Notes under the pieces: generated by a model | Told to the model about the DNA's origin: nothing | The model's database searches: none | The model's input: the letters and a program-made list of their open reading frames with translations, nothing else | Shown here: positions 59,774 to 64,000 of the stretch, one piece after another | How positions within the stretch are numbered: position 1 is the stretch's first letter | How the letters are laid out: every line of letters begins with the position of its first letter | Made by a program: the position numbers and the translations under genes | Assembly (NCBI GenBank): GCA_964016885.1 | Contig: OZ024749.1 | Location: forward strand, 46,190,001-46,254,000 | Direction: 5' to 3' | DNA length: 64,000 nt | Origin: Eledone cirrhosa | Lineage: Eukaryota

Positions 59774-60195
59774 CATTTTTTATGACATATATATATATAT
59801 ATATATATCTTAACTTGCTCTCTGACGAAGTATCTGCTTATCCGTACAACACACCTATCGCCAATTTGAAACGTGTATGTACTTCATGTAATCACACCGT
59901 AGATATAAACGACCAAGAAGCACACACAAACACATACAAAGACAAGTTAATGAAACTGTTAAAATATGTAAAACGTACCAGAAATTTGGCTTTCAATAAT
60001 TGATTTACAGTCATATAGATATAGAAATATGTGTATCTGTGCAGAAATAGCTCAGAGCAGACATTGTATGTCAGAGCTCACAATGACATCCATAACTGTG
60101 AAACCAAACAGACGCACACTGATATTCATGCGTAATTATTTTGTTAATATTGTCTTAACTTCCAATCAAAGAGTCTTGTCTCTGAGTTAGAAACC

Positions 60196-60251
<56 letters not shown>

Positions 60252-60297
60252 TATATATATATATACATACATATATATATATATATACAGAGAGAGA

Positions 60298-60438
60298 GAA
60301 CGGATCTAGCTGTCGAAACGGCCGGAGCTCAGCCGTCGGGGTCCAGACACTTCTTCCTATTACCCACTTTACTAACCTAAGTATCAAGTACTCTGGTGCT
60401 TTATAGTCCACCTGGTATCTTACCACATCTTCTTTGTT
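60298..60438 (-). repeat. ~140-bp (TA)n-associated interspersed element; other copies at 8740-8897, 27561-27699, 33219-33498, 34579-34714, 58932-59186
   Basis: Shared blocks tgtggtaag..ccag(g/a)tggac(c/t)ataa..caccagagtact..gatact..gtgggtaatagg..gaccccgacggctgagctccggccgtttcgacagctag, always abutting (TA)n. Confidence 0.85.
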
Positions 60439-60942
60439 ATATATATATATATATATTTGTCGAATTATTTATATAACGGTTCTTTAGTAATTGTGCTGCT
60501 TTATAAGGTAAGATGTTGGCCTAAGTTACAAAAGAATCTGTTATTTTAAAGCGTGGCATTCATCTTTTCATTTCTCCTGTCGATAGCGGTCCTACTCATA
60601 TACACATTTTCTCTCATATACTTTCTATTATTTTAGTATTGTGTGTTTATATTCATCACTCCTTTCGGACGGGTTTTTATGGTCTGACTTGATGGTACGT
60701 TTCGTTGGTAGCTGTTGTTCAATTTGTTGATTTATTATCTTTAATTTGTTCTACTTTTATAAAAATAACGATGCAGCCAGTATCAATAATAAGAGATTAA
60801 AAAGAAAATAGCATGGTTATACAAGGCATGTATTCATATAAGTACACAAAGACGCATACATAGCATGACAGTACAAACACACACAGAGGAACGCAAACAC
60901 GCATACACTAACATTCAACCACACACATATATATATATACAT

Positions 60943-61142
<200 letters not shown>

Positions 61143-61351
61143 CACGTAAACACAAACATATATACATACATAAATATACATATATACATACATAAATACC
61201 CATACATACATGCACCTTATGTACTGGTAAGTAGAATAATTGTTTCAGCTGCAAATACTAGGTAAATAAATAGATAGATAGATAGAAAAAGTATTAGATA
61301 TGTCGATACAGTATATATATATGTCGACCACAGACCCTCCATCTCAACTCT

Positions 61352-61389
61352 ACTTTTGAAAAGCAGAAGAACTGCGAAACCGGTAAAGG
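61352..61389 (+). ncRNA. Degenerate hammerhead motif (second, more decayed copy at 61659-61696)
   Basis: actt TTGAAAA gcag-aagaa-ctgc GAAA ccgg TA aagg ...aataaa. Two substitutions in the CUGANGA box. Confidence 0.5.
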
Positions 61390-61520
61390 AACCAAATAAA
61401 TATATATATTTTTTTTTTAAATAAGACTCCAGTTGCATTTTCGATTTCATCTTTTTTTCTTTATACTTTCACTCGTGTAGGACACCTCTGTTATTTTTCA
61501 TTTTGTAAAAAAAACCTCAC

Positions 61521-61569
<49 letters not shown>

Positions 61570-61764
61570 GGAATACTGTTGGCTTCTTGCTACAATACTT
61601 TCTATACCTTTCATTTATATATATATGAGAAAAACCACAGACCCTCAATCTCAACTCTACTTTTGAAAAGCAGAAGAACTACGGAACCGGTAAAGGAACC
61701 AAATAAATATATATATTTTTTTTTAAATAAGACTCCAGTTGCATTTTCGATTTCATATTTTTTT

Positions 61765-61808
<44 letters not shown>

Positions 61809-62242
61809 ACACATATGTACGAGGAAAAATATTATAATATATACTAATATAGAAACAAAGAAATAAAAGGCAGACAGTCGTAAAAGAAAACCATCATTTT
61901 ATCGTGGTTTTATAGCGACACTAACATATATACGGGCGAGAGTATTCCACATTTACATGCATTGTTTGTCAGTGTCCAGTTATTTTTAAGTAACCCATAC
62001 CATAATTATCCATGGAAAGTGGAACGAGAAGAACATATATGAAATTACACTGAAGAAACACGGACAGTAAGAAAGAAGAAATGATAAAGAATAAACAGAA
62101 ACAGTGAAAGGAATAGAAAATGCATAACAAAAATGTTTTTTAAAAAAATCCCTGGATTTCAGTCTCGGCGGGAGATGGATAACAGCTCATGTCTTTGCAT
62201 ACTCCGAATCTATTAATAACATCGCTTGCAACATATATATAT

Positions 62243-62289
<47 letters not shown>

Positions 62290-63100
62290 TGTCTGTGTCT
62301 GTTTGTTTGTGTATACGTGTGTTGTGTGTTGTGTGTGTGTGAGAGAGAGTGTATGTGTGTGATAGTTTAATTTGATGGGGATATAAAGGCTTCATTAAAT
62401 TATTAACCTCTCAATCCCCACAGTTATTAACATTATGGAGGTCTTCATCATATCATAATCACCAACAACATTATCATCAGCATCATCAGTAGGATACCAC
62501 CATTATCAGCATTATTATTATCGTTGTCATCATTTCCCTCATCACCATTTCTTTTTTGTTTTAGGATTTTCTTTATTTTTCTGAAAGTATCAGAAAATAA
62601 GTTTTTTCACATCGACTTCCGGTATCTCTCCCTCTTTATCACATATTTTGGTAACTTTATTATATTTTTATATTTTACCCGCCTTTCTAACAGACATGGT
62701 TTTATTCCTTATCTGCTCGATTTTATTTGTTACGTTTGTTTTATTTTATTTTTATTTTCATTTATTTATTTTTGTATTTTTGGGGGTTTTGTTTTTCTGT
62801 TGGTCTCGTTTATTGTTTTATCATTTCGTGCAAAAATAAAGATCTAAGAATTTATCTCCCTTTACTGATCGTTAATGGAGCGGCAAAGAATAACTGAAGA
62901 TGAGACGTTAATTTTATTCCGAATGTAGACGTAGTGACATAAAATAAATAAAGAAAGAAATACATATAGAAATGAATAAATACGTATTAACTATAAAACA
63001 AAGGGAAATAAATATGGTTTCTTAAAGCAATGACAATAAACAACAAAGAAATACTATGCTGCCAATGATATTTGTCGTGTGCACGCAAGCACGCCTATAT

Positions 63101-63149
<49 letters not shown>

Positions 63150-63168
63150 TATAAATATATATAAATAT

Positions 63169-63273
<105 letters not shown>

Positions 63274-63306
63274 TATAAATATATATAAATATATATATAT
63301 ATATAA

Positions 63307-63340
<34 letters not shown>

Positions 63341-63361
63341 TTATATATATGTATGTGTGTC

Positions 63362-63398
<37 letters not shown>

Positions 63399-64000
63399 AT
63401 GTATGTATGTATATATATATATATATATTCCAAATAGGGGGCGCATCAGACAAAGACAATGGAAAAAACAACGAAAAGACGGACAGTCCTATCTCCTTAG
63501 TCACCCTCTGAAAACCATTACGGTTTTACGATTAATTTCAAAATTATCGCATGCATGTAGTCATACTCACCACCAGATTGAGCATCCAGATACATGAAGG
63601 ACCCACATGAATTCACCAGTATTAAAGCTCTTGAATATTTACACTATTTGGTCTTTCTACTACGGCCTGGACACTTTCTATCTTACTTTTATCATTACAT
63701 ATAACATCTTCGGCTGGCGGAATATAGTAGATTTAGATCTACCCAATAATGTATATGGTGCATATTTCAAAAATATATAAATGTTGATAGTCAACGTTAA
63801 CTTTAATGAAATATATTCGCATATTCCAAAGGGCTATAAATCTATTTCTTTGATAATCTTGTTAGGCTCTCTACGACTTCATTTACTTTGTAATAAATAT
63901 TTCTAACAGAGTCAAAACTAGAGCAGAAAAGAGAGATCGAAAGAGTGATGTGTGATGGGGAGAGTAAGGGAAATAGAGAATATGATTATATTTATGTGTA

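Overview
AT-rich, microsatellite-saturated animal genomic DNA. The SINE repertoire and repeat style suggest a cephalopod, probably Octopus (inference). Almost all ORFs in the track are microsatellite artefacts. Supported content: (i) one intact RTE-clade LINE (APE endonuclease + RT + three C-terminal C2H2 fingers, 44924-48469) whose UTRs carry microsatellites; (ii) 5'-truncated R4/Dong-like, Tx1/L1-like and RTE 3' ends, plus Penelope-like (PLE) and hAT relics; (iii) about 20 copies of a tRNA-derived SINE; (iv) a tentative plus-strand host gene made of small phase-compatible exons. The most striking unannotated signal is a set of sequence-unrelated minimal type I hammerhead ribozyme motifs (4 with intact cores, several decayed), most inside short inserts in (TA)n tracts. 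Several lie in the loop of a local inverted duplication of flanking DNA. There is also a ~140-bp (TA)n-targeting repeat family that repeatedly folds back into palindromes, and several perfect 0-1 nt loop hairpins. Together these suggest a recurring (TA)n-centred copy/fold-back insertion process. All calls were made by eye, with no searches run.
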